Shown here: one piece after another, positions 12,635 through 24,627 of the stretch | How the letters are laid out: the number at the start of each line of letters is the position of its first letter | How positions within the stretch are numbered: the stretch's first letter is position 1 | Source: Raja brachyura | Taxonomy: Eukaryota | Reading direction: 5' to 3' | DNA: 64,000 nucleotides | NCBI GenBank assembly: GCA_963514005.1 | Contig: OY740792.1 | Location: 67,394,001 to 67,458,000, forward strand | The notes under the pieces: generated by a model | Databases searched by the model: none | Told to the model about the DNA's origin: nothing | What the model saw: only the letters and a program-made list of their open reading frames with translations | Position numbers and translations under genes: made by a program

Positions 12635-14049
12635 TGTAAATTGACCCTCGTGTGTAGGACAGTGTTAGTGTACAAGAATCGCTGGTCAACGCGGACTCGG
12701 TGGACTGAAGGGCCTGTATCCGCGCTGTATCTTTAAACTAAACTAAATACTTTTAACAAATATCCATGCCCTTTCACTTCCAGTCTTGCTTAACTATTAT
12801 TTTCACCATTCGTTGAAAAGAGCCATTGAGAGTATTACACGGTTTGCTGCCTAGTCCTCCTTAATGATGCAATAAAGGGCCAGAAAGACAGGAAATGTCT
12901 TATTGTGGTCAGTCAGCCCAATAACTAACCCAACCCTTGCCCTTATTTCTACTCTGTTGTGACTTAGTCATATAGCCTGAGTGGAAAGAGTGCCATTTTT
13001 GTGGTTAGTCTCAAACCTTGTGAAATGCTTAATCAACCCTGAGCAACAGGAACTGCTGATGCTGGTTTACAAAACCAAAACACAAAACGTGCTGGAGTAA
13101 CTCAGTGGGTTAGGCAGCATCACTGGAGAACATGGACAGGTGTCTGAAGAAGGGTTCCAACCCGAAATATCACCCATCCTTTTCCCCCAGAGATGTGGCT
13201 GAGCCGTTGAGTTAATCCAGCACTTTGGGTCTATCGTCGGTATAAACCAGCATCTGCAGTTCCAACCTACACATGGATAGGTGACTTTTGGGGTTGGGAC
13301 CCTTCGGCAGATTGATTTTGTGGAGGGGTGGGAGGGGAGAAAGCTGAAAGTGGAATCACAGATGCGGGAGCTATAAGTGAGGGTCTCACAGAAGTCTCCT
13401 CAGAAAGTGAAGCCGCAGAGAAAGCCACTAGGTGGCTTTGGATTAAGAGGGCTGATCCATGGGCGGTTGCTGCTGGGACGCAAGTCGGGGCTTGATCAAC
13501 CCCGGCTGGGTCGCCTGGGCAAGGTTGTTGTGTTGTGTTGATGTTGTGAGACCCGAAACACCCGATGACCCCAGGTCACATCACTGAGGATGTGTCCCAG
13601 CTCATCTAGGAGATGTATCTTTCACACAGCAGGTCAGGCAGCATCTCTGGAAGACATGGATAGACGATGTCTTCAGCAGTGTAGCAATATACAGTGGTCC
13701 ATTTTTAGCTTGTTTGGCATCTTGCAAACATAGCACAAACAGTTTTCATGACTCTGACTTTAAAATTGAATAAATGATTGATTGAAAGGTACAGCAAGGA
13801 AATAGGCCTTTTGGCCCATCGGGTTCAAGCCGACCATTGATCATCCATTCACATTAGGTCTTTGTTATGGGTATTTTTAAAGCAGCGAATGACAGGTACT
13901 TGAATAGTAAGGCCATCAAAGGTTACGGGGAGAAGGCAGGAGATTATGGTCTAGAGGGAAAACTAGATCGAATGGCGGAGCAGACTTGATGGTCACTTAT
14001 TCTGTTGAATCAGCTGTTCCTTAGGTTAAGGAGCATCGTAACTTACAGT

Positions 14050-15456
14050 TCATAGAAACATAGAAATTAGGTGCAGGAGTAGGCCATTCGGCCCTTCGAG
14101 CCTGCACCGCCATTCAATATGATCATGGCTGATCATCCAACTCAGTATCCCGTACCTGCCTTCTCTCCATACCCTCTGATCCCCTTAGCCACAAGGGCCA
14201 CATCTAACTCCCTCTTAAATATAGCCAATGAACTGGCCTCAACTACCCTCTGTGGCAGGGAGTTCCAGAGACCCACCACTCTCTGTGTGAAAAAATTCCT
14301 TCTCATCTCGGTCCTAAAGGATTTCCCCCTTATCCTTAAGCTGTAACCCCTAGTCCTGGACCTCCCCAACATCGGGAACAATCTTCCTGCATCTAGCCTG
14401 TCCAACCCCTTAAGAATCTTGTAAGTTTCTATAAGATCCCCTCTCAATCTCCTAAATTCTAGAGAGTATAAACCGAGTCTATGCAGTCTTTGTTCATAAG
14501 ACAGTCCTGACATCCCAGGAGTCAATCTGGTGAACCTTCGCTGCACTCCCTCTATGGCAATAATGCCCTTCCTCAGATTTGGAGACCAGAACTGTACGCA
14601 ATACTCCAGGTGTGGCCTCACCAAGACCCTATACAACTGAAGTAGAACCTCCCTGCTCCTATACTCAAATCCTTTTGCTATGAAAGCTAACATACCATTC
14701 GCTTTCTTCACTGCCTGCTGTACCTGCATGCCTACTTTCAATGACTGGTGTACCATGACACCCAGGGCGCGCTGCATCTCCCCTTTTCCTAATCGGCCTC
14801 CATTTAGATAATAGTCTGTTTTCCTATTTTTGCCACCAAAGTGGATAACCTCACATTTATCCACATTATACTGCATCTGCCAAACATTTGCCCACTCACC
14901 CAGCATATCCAAGTCACCTTGCAGTCTCCTAGCATCCTCCTCACAGCTAACACTGCCCCCCAACTTAGTGTCATCCACAAACTTGGAGATATTGCCTTCA
15001 ATTCCCATTGAGGGTAGGAATCTTCCCTACCCTCAATGGGAAAAGCTTATCCACGTCAACTCTGTCTATCCCTTTCATCATTTTAAAGACCTCAATCAAG
15101 TCCCCCCTTAACCTTCTGCGCTCCAAAGAATAAAGACCTAACTTGTTCAACCTTTCTCTGTAACTTAGTTGTGGAACCCAGGCAACATTCTAGTAAATCT
15201 CCTCTGTACTGTCTCTATTTTGTTGACATCCTTCCTATAATTAGGCGACCAAAATTGTACACCATATTCCAGAATTGGTCTCACCAATGCCTTGTACAAT
15301 TTTAACATTACTTCCCTACTCCTATATTCATACCAATTCATAACATACCATTCGCTTTCTTCACTGCCTGCTGTACCTGCATGCCTACTTTCAATGACTG
15401 GTGTACCATGACACCCAGGTCGCGCTGCATCTCCCCTTTTCCTAATCGGCCTCCAT
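14050..15456 (-). mobile_element. CR1 3' fragment with a composite 5' end (second CR1 family piece plus self-duplication)
   Basis: ORF 14142..15008 is RT C-terminus; 15019-15330 comes from another CR1 family; 15341-15456 duplicates 14688-14803. Confidence 0.9.
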
Positions 15457-15829
15457 GTTCTAACCTACATTCTGACTCATGATGGATAGGCACTATCAAG
15501 GCCCAAAATGCCAACCTCAGATTTTCAACTGAGCAGAAGAACCCTTCCAAGATTTGAGATGCATAAAACTATAATTGGACAAACTTGTTTTTTCTGGACC
15601 ACCAGAGGCTGAAGGGAAACCTGATAGAAGTATATGATGGTATGAGAGGCAGAGATGGGGTAGACAGTCAGAATCTTGTCCCAGAGTAGAAATATAAAAG
15701 ACTAGAAAGGTATAGCTTTAATGTGAGAGGGGCAAATGACAACAGGCTTTTATGGCCAAGTTAAGGCGCTAACATTTTTAACAATTCACAGTTTTGGTTT
15801 CATCCCAGCTGTTATCAGGCATCCCAGTT

Positions 15830-16965
15830 TGGCAAAATAATAAATCAGGGAAGGTAGTGCATCCGTGGATACAAGGGAAATCTGGGATAGTATCAAAACA
15901 AAAGATGAAGCGTACAAATTAGCCAGAAAAAGAAGCCTACCAGCGGACTGGGAGAAATTCAGAGTCCAGCAGAGGAGGACAAAGGGCTTAATTAGGAAAG
16001 GGAAGACAGATTATGAAAGAAAACTGGCAAGGAACATAAAAACTGACTGCAAAGGTTTTTATAGATATGTGAAGAGAAAAAGGTTAGTTAAAACAAATGT
16101 AAGTCCCTTGCAGTCAGAAACTGGTGAATTGATCATGGGGACCAAGGACATGGCAGACCAAGTGAATAACTACTTTGGTTCTGTCTTCACTAAGGAAGAC
16201 ATAAATTATCTGCCGGAAATAGCAGGGGACCAGGGGTCAAATGAGATGGAAGAACTGAGTGAAATCCAGGTTAGCCGGGAAGTGGTGTTAGGTAAATTGA
16301 ATGGATTAAAGGCCGATAAATCCCCAGGGCCAGATAGGCTGCATCCCAGAGTACTTAAGGAAGTAGCCCCAGAAATAGTGGATGCATTAGTGATAATTTT
16401 TCAAAAGTCTTTAGATTCTGGCGTAGTTCCTGAGGATTGGAGGGTAGCTAATGTAACCCCACTTTTTAAAAAGGTTGGGGGAAATGGGGCATTACAGACC
16501 AGTTAGTCTAACATCGGTAGTGGGGAAAATGCTAGAGTCAGTTATTAAAGATGGGATAGAAGCACATTTGGAAAGTGGTGAAATCATTGGACAAAGTCAG
16601 CATGGATTTATGAAGGATAAATCATGTCTGACGAATCTTATAGAATTTTTCGAGGATGTAACTAGTAGAGTGCATAAGGGAGAACCTGTGGATGTGTTTT
16701 ATCTGGACTTTCAGAAGGCTTTCGACAAGGTCCCACATGAGAGATTAGTATAGAAACATAAAGCACACGACATTGGGGGTTCAGTATTGATGTGGATAGA
16801 GAACTGCCTTGCAGACAGGAAGCAAAGTGTAGGAGTAAACGGGTCATTTTCAGAATGGCAGGCAGTGACTAGTGGGGTACCGCAAGGCTCAGTGCTGGGA
16901 CCCCAGCTATTTACAATATATATTAATGACTTGGACGAGGGAATTTAATGCAACATCTTCAAGTT
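15830..16965 (+). mobile_element. CR1 ORF2 internal fragment (frameshifted)
   Basis: ORFs 15865..16506 (KSPGPD) and 16475..16753 (YRPVSLTS, LDFQKAFDKV). Confidence 0.92.
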
Positions 16966-19204
16966 CTTCGAGGGGGCCGTCGAAACTCCTGCGGCTTGGA
17001 GTTCCCAAAGTCGGTCACTAACCAGGGACCACGAGCTTTACGATGTTAAAGTCCACAGCACCCGCAGGTTGGAGCACCAAAGGCCCACCCCTGGCAAAAG
17101 GATCTCCAGCTCACGATGTTAAAGTCCGCAGGCTCCACGGTTTTGGAGCTCTAGAACTCCCAAACATAAGGCCGCCAACTCCACGATGTTAGACCGCAGT
17201 GCAGACGGAGATACAACATGGAAAAAGTTGCATCTCTGTCGAGGAAAGAGACAAGAAAAGTTTCACCCCGCCCCCCCCATCACCCCCCACAAATACAAAA
17301 CTAAAGATAAACTAAAACATACATTTTACAACAAACTAAAAACACAAAGAATGAAAAGAACGAAGACAGACCGTTGGCGAGGCAGCCATCGTGCGGTTCC
17401 CCTGAAGGATACAAGATGGCGCCAGAAACATGGTGACTCTTGTGCAATATTCTTACACTCTTGAACTGAAGCATGAATGTGCTGATGGATAGTAACATTT
17501 TTACTGAACCGTATGCCCGAAGGGAATTTCATTGTACTGCGGTATATGTAATAATAAAGTATCACTGAGCAAGGTTTAAGGGAGGTGTGGGGGTGGGGCT
17601 AGGTGTTGTTTTAAGGGAGGGTGGTGGGTACGTGGAACATGCTGCCAGTGGTGGTGGTGGAACAAGGTACGATAATGGCATTTAATTGATGGCAATACTG
17701 GTAATTAGATAGGCACATGGATATGCAGTGAGAGAAGGGATATGGAACACATGCAGGCAGAGGAGATTAGTTTACCTTGGCATTAAGTTTAGCACAGACA
17801 TCATCTGTGTTCTGTTATTGATATTTAGGTTATAATTAATAAAGTTATGAGAAGCATGATTGGAAAAATCAATTACTAGAGGGCAAAGCTTTAAGGTGAG
17901 AGGACCAATGTTTAAAGGAGATGTGCAGATGGGTTGTTTTGCACAGAGGGTAGTGAGTGGCTGGAACGCACTGCAAAGGCAGATACCATAATGGCGTTGA
18001 AGAAACTTGTAGACAGGCACATGGATACACAGGGAATGGACAAGTATGGATTATGTGCAGGTTGATAACAGAGGATTTTTGCATCATGTTTCTAGCACAC
18101 TTTACCCATCCTCTTGATATGATCAAAGGAAACAATAATAAACATGAAGACTTTTAGATGTTGATGCCTCAACGTCTGACCCGATTAAGAGAAACAACAG
18201 GGTCCATGTTGACCTAATTAAGATGGTCACCTGACCAAAACAAACAAACTGTTGGTGTTGACCTAATTCAGACTCTCCAGTTACTTGGCCTGATAGATGT
18301 AGCTCTGAAATTACACGTGAAGATGGTGTCAACATCAAACAGTGGGAATGTTAGAGGCCAATCAATTTGCAACACACAAACTGGAGGTACAGCACCTCAT
18401 ATTCCGCTTGGGTAACTTACAACCGTTGAAAGTGCTGGAGTAAGTCAGCGGGTCAGGCAGCATCTCTGAGGGACATGGATAGACAACGTTTCGGGTCGGG
18501 ACCTGTCTGCAGACTGAAATGTATGAAAATTGAATCATCAATTAATACCTTCCTCCTCTCTCTCTTTCCTGTTCTCTCCACCCAAATGCACACTTATTTC
18601 TCACCAATCCCTGCCCATCTTCCCCCCCCCCCCCCCCCCCATACTCGCCCACTTCCACCACATCCCTCCCTCTGACTGTATATTTCACTCCTCCTCTTCT
18701 CTCTTTTATGTTTCCTTTTCATTCAGCCTTGTATTCTTTATCGGTCTTTTATTCAATCTATCTGCTGATCAATTCCCCCCCATCCCCTGTATCCACCTAT
18801 CATTTTGTCCTACTACCACCTCTCTTTTCCAGCTTTCTCCCCACTCCTACAACAATCAGTCTGAAGAAGGGTCCCGACCCGAAACATCACATGCCTGTTT
18901 CTTCTACAGTCGCTTCCTCACCCGCTGACTTACTCAAGCATTTTATGACTTACTCTTTAAACAAAACAATACTCCAAATACACAACAAGATCACTTGACA
19001 TCAGGTAAGGATCCATGAAAATTGCATCTAAAGTGGATTCCACCCTCCTCCGTCTGGCAAGAGGTACAGCAGCTTGAAAACGCAAGCCTCCAGATTCAGT
19101 GACACTTTCTTCCCAGCTGTTATCAGGCAAGTGAACCCTCCTATCACCAACTAGGGAGCAGTCCTGATCTACCTCATTGCACGCCGTCAGACTTTACTGG
19201 ACTT

Positions 19205-19493
19205 TAGTTTAGTTTAGTTTGGAGATACAGCGTGGAAACAGGCCCTTCGGCCACCGAGTCTGCGCTGACCAACGAAAGTATATGAGTTCTATCCAACTCA
19301 TTACAGACAATTTACAGTAGCCAATTAACCTATGTCTTTGGAATGTGGGGGGAAACCGGAGCACCCGTAGAAAGCCCATGCCATCACACAGAGAACGTAG
19401 AAACGGCGTACAGACAGCATCCGTAGTCAGGATCGAACCCGGGTCTCTGGCGCTGTGAGGCAGCAACTGTTCAGCTGTGACACCGTGCCGCCC
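19205..19493 (-). mobile_element. tRNA-derived V-SINE (HE1-like); further copies at about 22600-22878, 31915-32125, 50770-51095, 54290-54510, 55225-55530 and 60930-61100
   Basis: tRNA-like head (cagcgccagagacccgggttcgatcc), V-domain core (ctccggtttcc...acattccaaagac) and (aaact)n tail. Confidence 0.8.
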
Positions 19494-20569
19494 AAATCTC
19501 CCACTAAACATTATTCCCTTTACCCTGTGGAAGACTTGATTGGAATCATGTATTGTCATTCTGCTGACTGGTTAGCGCACAACAAAAAATGCCTTGAACT
19601 GTACCTCGGTACACTTAACAATAAACCAAACTAAAGTGAACTAAACTGAATGGTGATGTTCAGGGGCAGGATGTGGTGGGCGCAGAGGGTGATTGCAAAA
19701 TATGAGTAAATATCACCATGTTTACGTCTACGTATTTTTTTGTAATGACTTGCGCATGTTTTGAAACAGTAATCTGGAATTGATCTGACCTCAGATCTGA
19801 CCAACTAGAGACACAGTGGTAAACAGGACAGTTATTGCTGTCTTAGATTCTGCTCCAGTTTTCTCCAGTGCCAGGTAAAAGTGAAAATTATCCTCACAAT
19901 CTAATTCCCTGTATCAACCTCTCTGACAGGAAAACTCCATTTAAAAAAGAAAGATGGATGTTAATTTTGATAACATAAGCAACTGTGGTCTGCAAGATGA
20001 TTGAACCTGGAAAAAAACACAATGTGCTGGAGGAACTCAGCGGGACGGGCACTGTACGGATCGAGACCCTTCTTCAGACTTAGCAAAATCAGTCGGACTA
20101 ATCAACTTGAAGAAACTCCGCAAGTCAGGCAGCGTCTCTGGAGTATGAGGACAGGCAATGTTCCAGGTCATAGAGACATAGAAAATAGGTGCAGGAATAG
20201 GTCATTTGGCCCTTCGAGTCAGCACCGCCATTCAATATTGTCATGGCTGATCATCCAAAATCAGTTCCCCATTCCTGCTTTCTACCAATAGTCTTTGATT
20301 CCGTTAGCCCTTGGAGCTAAATGTAACTCTCTTGAAAACATCTGCCAGGACAGAACACTCCTTCAGACTGAGGAAGAGTCAAAAGGCATCTCTGGAGGAC
20401 ATGGACGGGTGATGATTTAGGGCTCTGATGATCTTCAGTGTGACCCAGCTCCAGATAGAGACAAAGTGCTGGAGTAACTCAGCGGGTCAGGCAGTATCTC
20501 TAGAGAAAAAAATAGGTGACGTTTTGGGGTCGGAACCCTTCTTCTGAAAGTAAAGGTGTGGGGCTCATT

Positions 20570-20950
20570 GGATTGGCAGCCAACATAATCAAAGACTTGT
20601 CCCACCCTGATCATTCATTTTTCTCCCTGCTCTCATCAGGCAGAAGATACAGAAGCTTGAAAGTGCACACCAACAGATTCAGGAACGGCTTCTTCCCCTC
20701 TGTTATCAGGCTTCTGAATCACCGTCCGATTCACTTCTACCCCATTGTGGACATTGGACTTTGTCTGTGGAACTGGTGCGCTACAATGCTGAGAACTATA
20801 TTCTGCACTCTGTATCTTCCCCTTTGCTCTACCTTTAGTACTTGAGTTTGGGTTAATTGTATTTATGTATAGTAGTATCTGATTTGATTGGATTGCATGC
20901 AAAACAGAGCTTTTCACTGTGCCTCGCTACACATGGCAATAATAAAGCTA
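20570..20950 (+). mobile_element. Rex1/Babar-type LINE 3' fragment
   Basis: LSHPDHSFFSLLSSGRRYRSLKVHTNRFRNGFFPSVIRLLN C-terminal motif followed by 3' UTR with aataaa. Confidence 0.7.
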
Positions 20951-21812
20951 AACATAGTAACATCGAAAATAGGTGTAGGAGGAGGCCCTTTGGCCCTTTG
21001 AGCCAGCACCGCCATTCATTGTGATCATGGCTGATCGTCCCCAATCAATAATCCGTGTCTGCCTTCTCCCCATATCCCTTGATTCCACTATCCCCTGGAG
21101 CTCTATCTAACCCTCTGTTAAATCCATCCAGTGAATTGGCCTCCACTGCCCTCTGTGGCAGGGAATTCCACAAATTCACAACTCTCTGGGTGAAAAGGTT
21201 TTTTCTCACCTCAATCTTAAATTGCCTCCCCTTTATTCTAAATACCTTTGGAACTCTCAGAAGGCGATCAATGTCGAGTCACTAAGATCAATTGGTTTTG
21301 AGCTCAAGGAAAGTAATTGAATAGAGAAGTAAGTTTCGGAAGCCATGCCACATCCTCTAGATTCTGTTTTTTATATTCTGCATATGTTGTTTGAGAGAGG
21401 AGGGTGTGGTTGTATGATAAGTATCAGTTTGTGGTCTCGTTGAAGAGGGGCAATTTATTACTGTGGAATAAGTTACCGGTTCTTCATAAATTATTTAAAT
21501 CTTTTTTTTTAATATGTTTATTTTATTAGAAGCAATTGTACAAGAATAAAGCAATCGGCATGAGAGTTATACAATTTTCGTAGGCTTCATTTTTAACATT
21601 TTATAAATTGATACATAAATCAAAAATATTAAATTGATACATAATCGAGAAAAAGAAAAAGAAAAGAATGAAGAAAAAGAAGAAAGATGCAAAAATGTTA
21701 AATGTTGTGAATTGTTATCTTTGACCTTTAAGATAGCATATTCTGTTTCTTGGGATTGCTCAGTCCATCTCAATTCCTGTCTTTGCTGTCCCTTCTTGAA
21801 ATAAACAGGCGC

Positions 21813-21848
21813 CTATTGCAGATTTTCATAGTTTATGGAAACATTATC
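21813..21848 (-). CDS. Gene 1 exon 6 (terminal): DNVSINYENLQ* with ITIM; frame stays open after the TAG to TEYAIL
   Basis: Strong acceptor ttgttatttttgtgttgcag; phase 0 matches exon 5; ITIM INYENL at 21819-21836; TAG at 21813-21815. Confidence 0.72.
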   Translation of the reverse strand, partial: DNVSINYENLQ

Positions 21849-22929
21849 CTGCAACACAAAAATAACAAATAACAATAAGAACCACTTGCAAATATTAGTG
21901 TTACAAAGTTCATATCATAGTTATAGAGCACGGAAACAGGCCCATCGGCCCAACTAGTCCACGACGACCAAGACACCCCATCTAAGCTAGTCACACTTGC
22001 CCGCGGTTGGCACTAGTGCCTCTAAACCTTTTTGTGTCCATGTACCTGTCCAAATATATTTTTAAATGGTGTTGTAGTCCCCGCCTCAACTACGTCCTCC
22101 GGCAGCTCGTTCCATATACCCACCACCATCTGAGTGATAAAGTTGCCCCTCAGTTTTTTCCTCTCACATTGAACATATGCCTTCTATTTCTCAATTCCCT
22201 TGGCTAAAAAAACTCAGTGCATTCACCCACCTATTCCCATTATGATTTTATGCACTTCCATAAGACTTGGAAGTCCAAGCCTGCTCAACCTCTCCCTATA
22301 GCCCAGGCCCTCAAGTCCTGTCAACATCATTGTAAATCGTCTCTATAAACATTCCAGCTTATTGTTAGAATGATATTTTCTTCATTTTAGAATTGGAGAA
22401 GCGGAGGAATTTTAGAACTTTAGAACATTTTGGATTACAATAGAATGGAGATGAGAGAATTTATTGAGCCAGATGGTGGTGAATCTGTGGAATTCATTAG
22501 CGCAGTCAGTGGTAGAGGCCAAGACATTGGATAATTTTACACAAAAGTGTAAAATTACAGTGACAGGGTTTGCTGGCAAGGAACTGCAGATGCACTAGAC
22601 TTTCACTTTTTAGAGAAACAGTGCGGAAACATGCCCTTTGGCCCACCAAGTCCGCGCCGAACAGCGATTAACCCCTGCACTAGCACTATCCTACATACTA
22701 GTAATATGTTTTACAGAAGCTAATTTGGAAAATGAGATGAAACGGGAGCACCCGGAGAAAACCCACAAGTTCACATGGAGAACGTACGAACTCCATGGAG
22801 ACAACCTCTGTAGTCAGGATCGAGCCCGGCTCTCTGGCGCTGTGATGCAGCAACACTCCCACTGCGCCACCGTGCCGCTGAATGTCTTGTGTTACAGAGA
22901 CATAGAGAGAGATACAGTGTGGAAACAGG

Positions 22930-23745
22930 CCCTTCGGTCCAACTTGCCCACACCGGCCAACAATGTCCCAGCTACACTAGTCCCACTTGCCTGCGCTTGG
23001 TCCATAACCCTCCAAACCTGTCCTATCCATGTACCTGTCTGTTTCTCAAACCATGGGATAGTCCCAGCATCAACTACCTCCTCTGGCAGCTTGTTCCATA
23101 CACCCACTACCCTTTGTGTGTAAAAGATACCCCTCAGATTCCTATTAAATCTTTTCCCCTTCACCTAGAACCTTTGTCCTCCGGTCCTCGATTCCCCTAC
23201 TTTGGGCAAGAGACTCTGTGCATCTCCTGTATCTATTCCTCTCATGATTTTTTATACCTCTGTAAGATCTCCCATCATCCTCCTGTGCTCCATGGAATAG
23301 AGACCCAGCCTACTCAATCTCTCCCTATAGCTCACACCCTCTAGTCCTGGCAACATCCTCATAAATATTTTCTGAAACATTTCAAGCTTGACAATATTTT
23401 TCCGATAACATAGTGCCCAAAACTGAACACAATATTCTAAATGCGGTCTCACCAACGTCTTATACAACTACAATACTCTGACTGATGAAGGCCAAAGTGC
23501 CAAAGGCCTTTTCGACCACCTTATCTACCTACGACTCGACCTTCAAGGAACCATGGTCGAATCGCAGGCAGATCCCTCTGCTCTACAATATTACCCAGAG
23601 GCCTACCATTTACTGTGTAGGTAATGCCCTTGTTTGACGTCCCAAAATGCAACACCTCACACTTCTCTGTATTAAATTCCATCAACCATCTGTCCAATCC
23701 TGCTGCAATCGTTCACAACCATCTTCACTAACTGCAAAACCACAA
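22930..23745 (-). mobile_element. CR1 3' fragment in the last intron of gene 1
   Basis: YKTLVRPHLEYCVQFW and TQRVVGVWN remnants. Confidence 0.85.
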
Positions 23746-23851
23746 AGTCAATTACACCGAATAGTGCTGATGAATCTGTTGATATAAGCTGACAATTCCT
23801 CAGAGCATCGTGAACGCAACATAAGGGTAAATATCAAACTAAATTACTCAC

Positions 23852-23919
23852 CTCATTTACTGAGTTCTTTCGTTTTCTCATTCTTTGAATATCAACAGTT
23901 GTGTCATGGACAAATGATT
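23852..23919 (-). CDS. Gene 1 exon 5, cytoplasmic (ESFVHDTTVDIQRMRKRKNSVNE)
   Basis: Acceptor catatttttatag, donor GAG|gtgagt, 68 nt, phase 1 to 0, open frame. Confidence 0.72.
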
Positions 23920-24525
23920 CTATAAAAATATGAATATTTAGTGTACTTCAGAGATACAGGACAGAAACAGGCCCTTCAGCCCACCGAGTCTACGCTGACC
24001 ATCGATCACGCTAGTTCTACGTTATCCCACTTTCACATCCACTCCCTGCACACTAGGGGCAATTTACAGAGGGTCAATTAACCGGCAAACCCACACGTCT
24101 TTGGGATATGGGAGGAAAACAAAGCACTCTGAGGAAATCCACGTGGTCAAAGGGAGAACATGCAAATTCTACACAAACTCAGCACCCGTGGTCAGGATTC
24201 AAGAGAGAGTTAGATTTATTTCTTAGGGCTAAAGGAATCAAGGGATATGATGAAAAAGCAAGAACGGGTCACTGATTTTAGATGATCAGTCATGATCATA
24301 TTGAATGGCGGTGCTGGCTTGAAGGACTGACTGTACCTACTCCTGCACCTATGTTTCTCTGTTTCTAACTTGGATCCCTGGCGCTGTGGGGCACCAGCTC
24401 TACAAGCTGTTGCCCTCCTTTTGTTTAAATTATTTTAATCTCTCTGGGAACTAAAGACAATATTCACTTTTATATGCTCAGTTTTTGGTTAAATTACAAA
24501 ATAAAATGTACAATGTATACATTAC

Positions 24526-24627
24526 CTTTCCCTTTCTTCAATTTACTGTGGTAATGATACACAATCCAGACCCATATTGGTACTATTAGAATAAGACTCA
24601 GTCGAATGAAATAATACTTGCCGAATC
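24526..24627 (-). CDS. Gene 1 exon 4, transmembrane (RFGKYYFIRLSLILIVPIWVWIVYHYHSKLKKGK) with Arg near the N-terminal end of the TM
   Basis: Acceptor taattttcaag, donor AAG|gtaat, 102 nt, phase 1-1; hydrophobic run followed by a basic stop-transfer segment. Confidence 0.8.
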
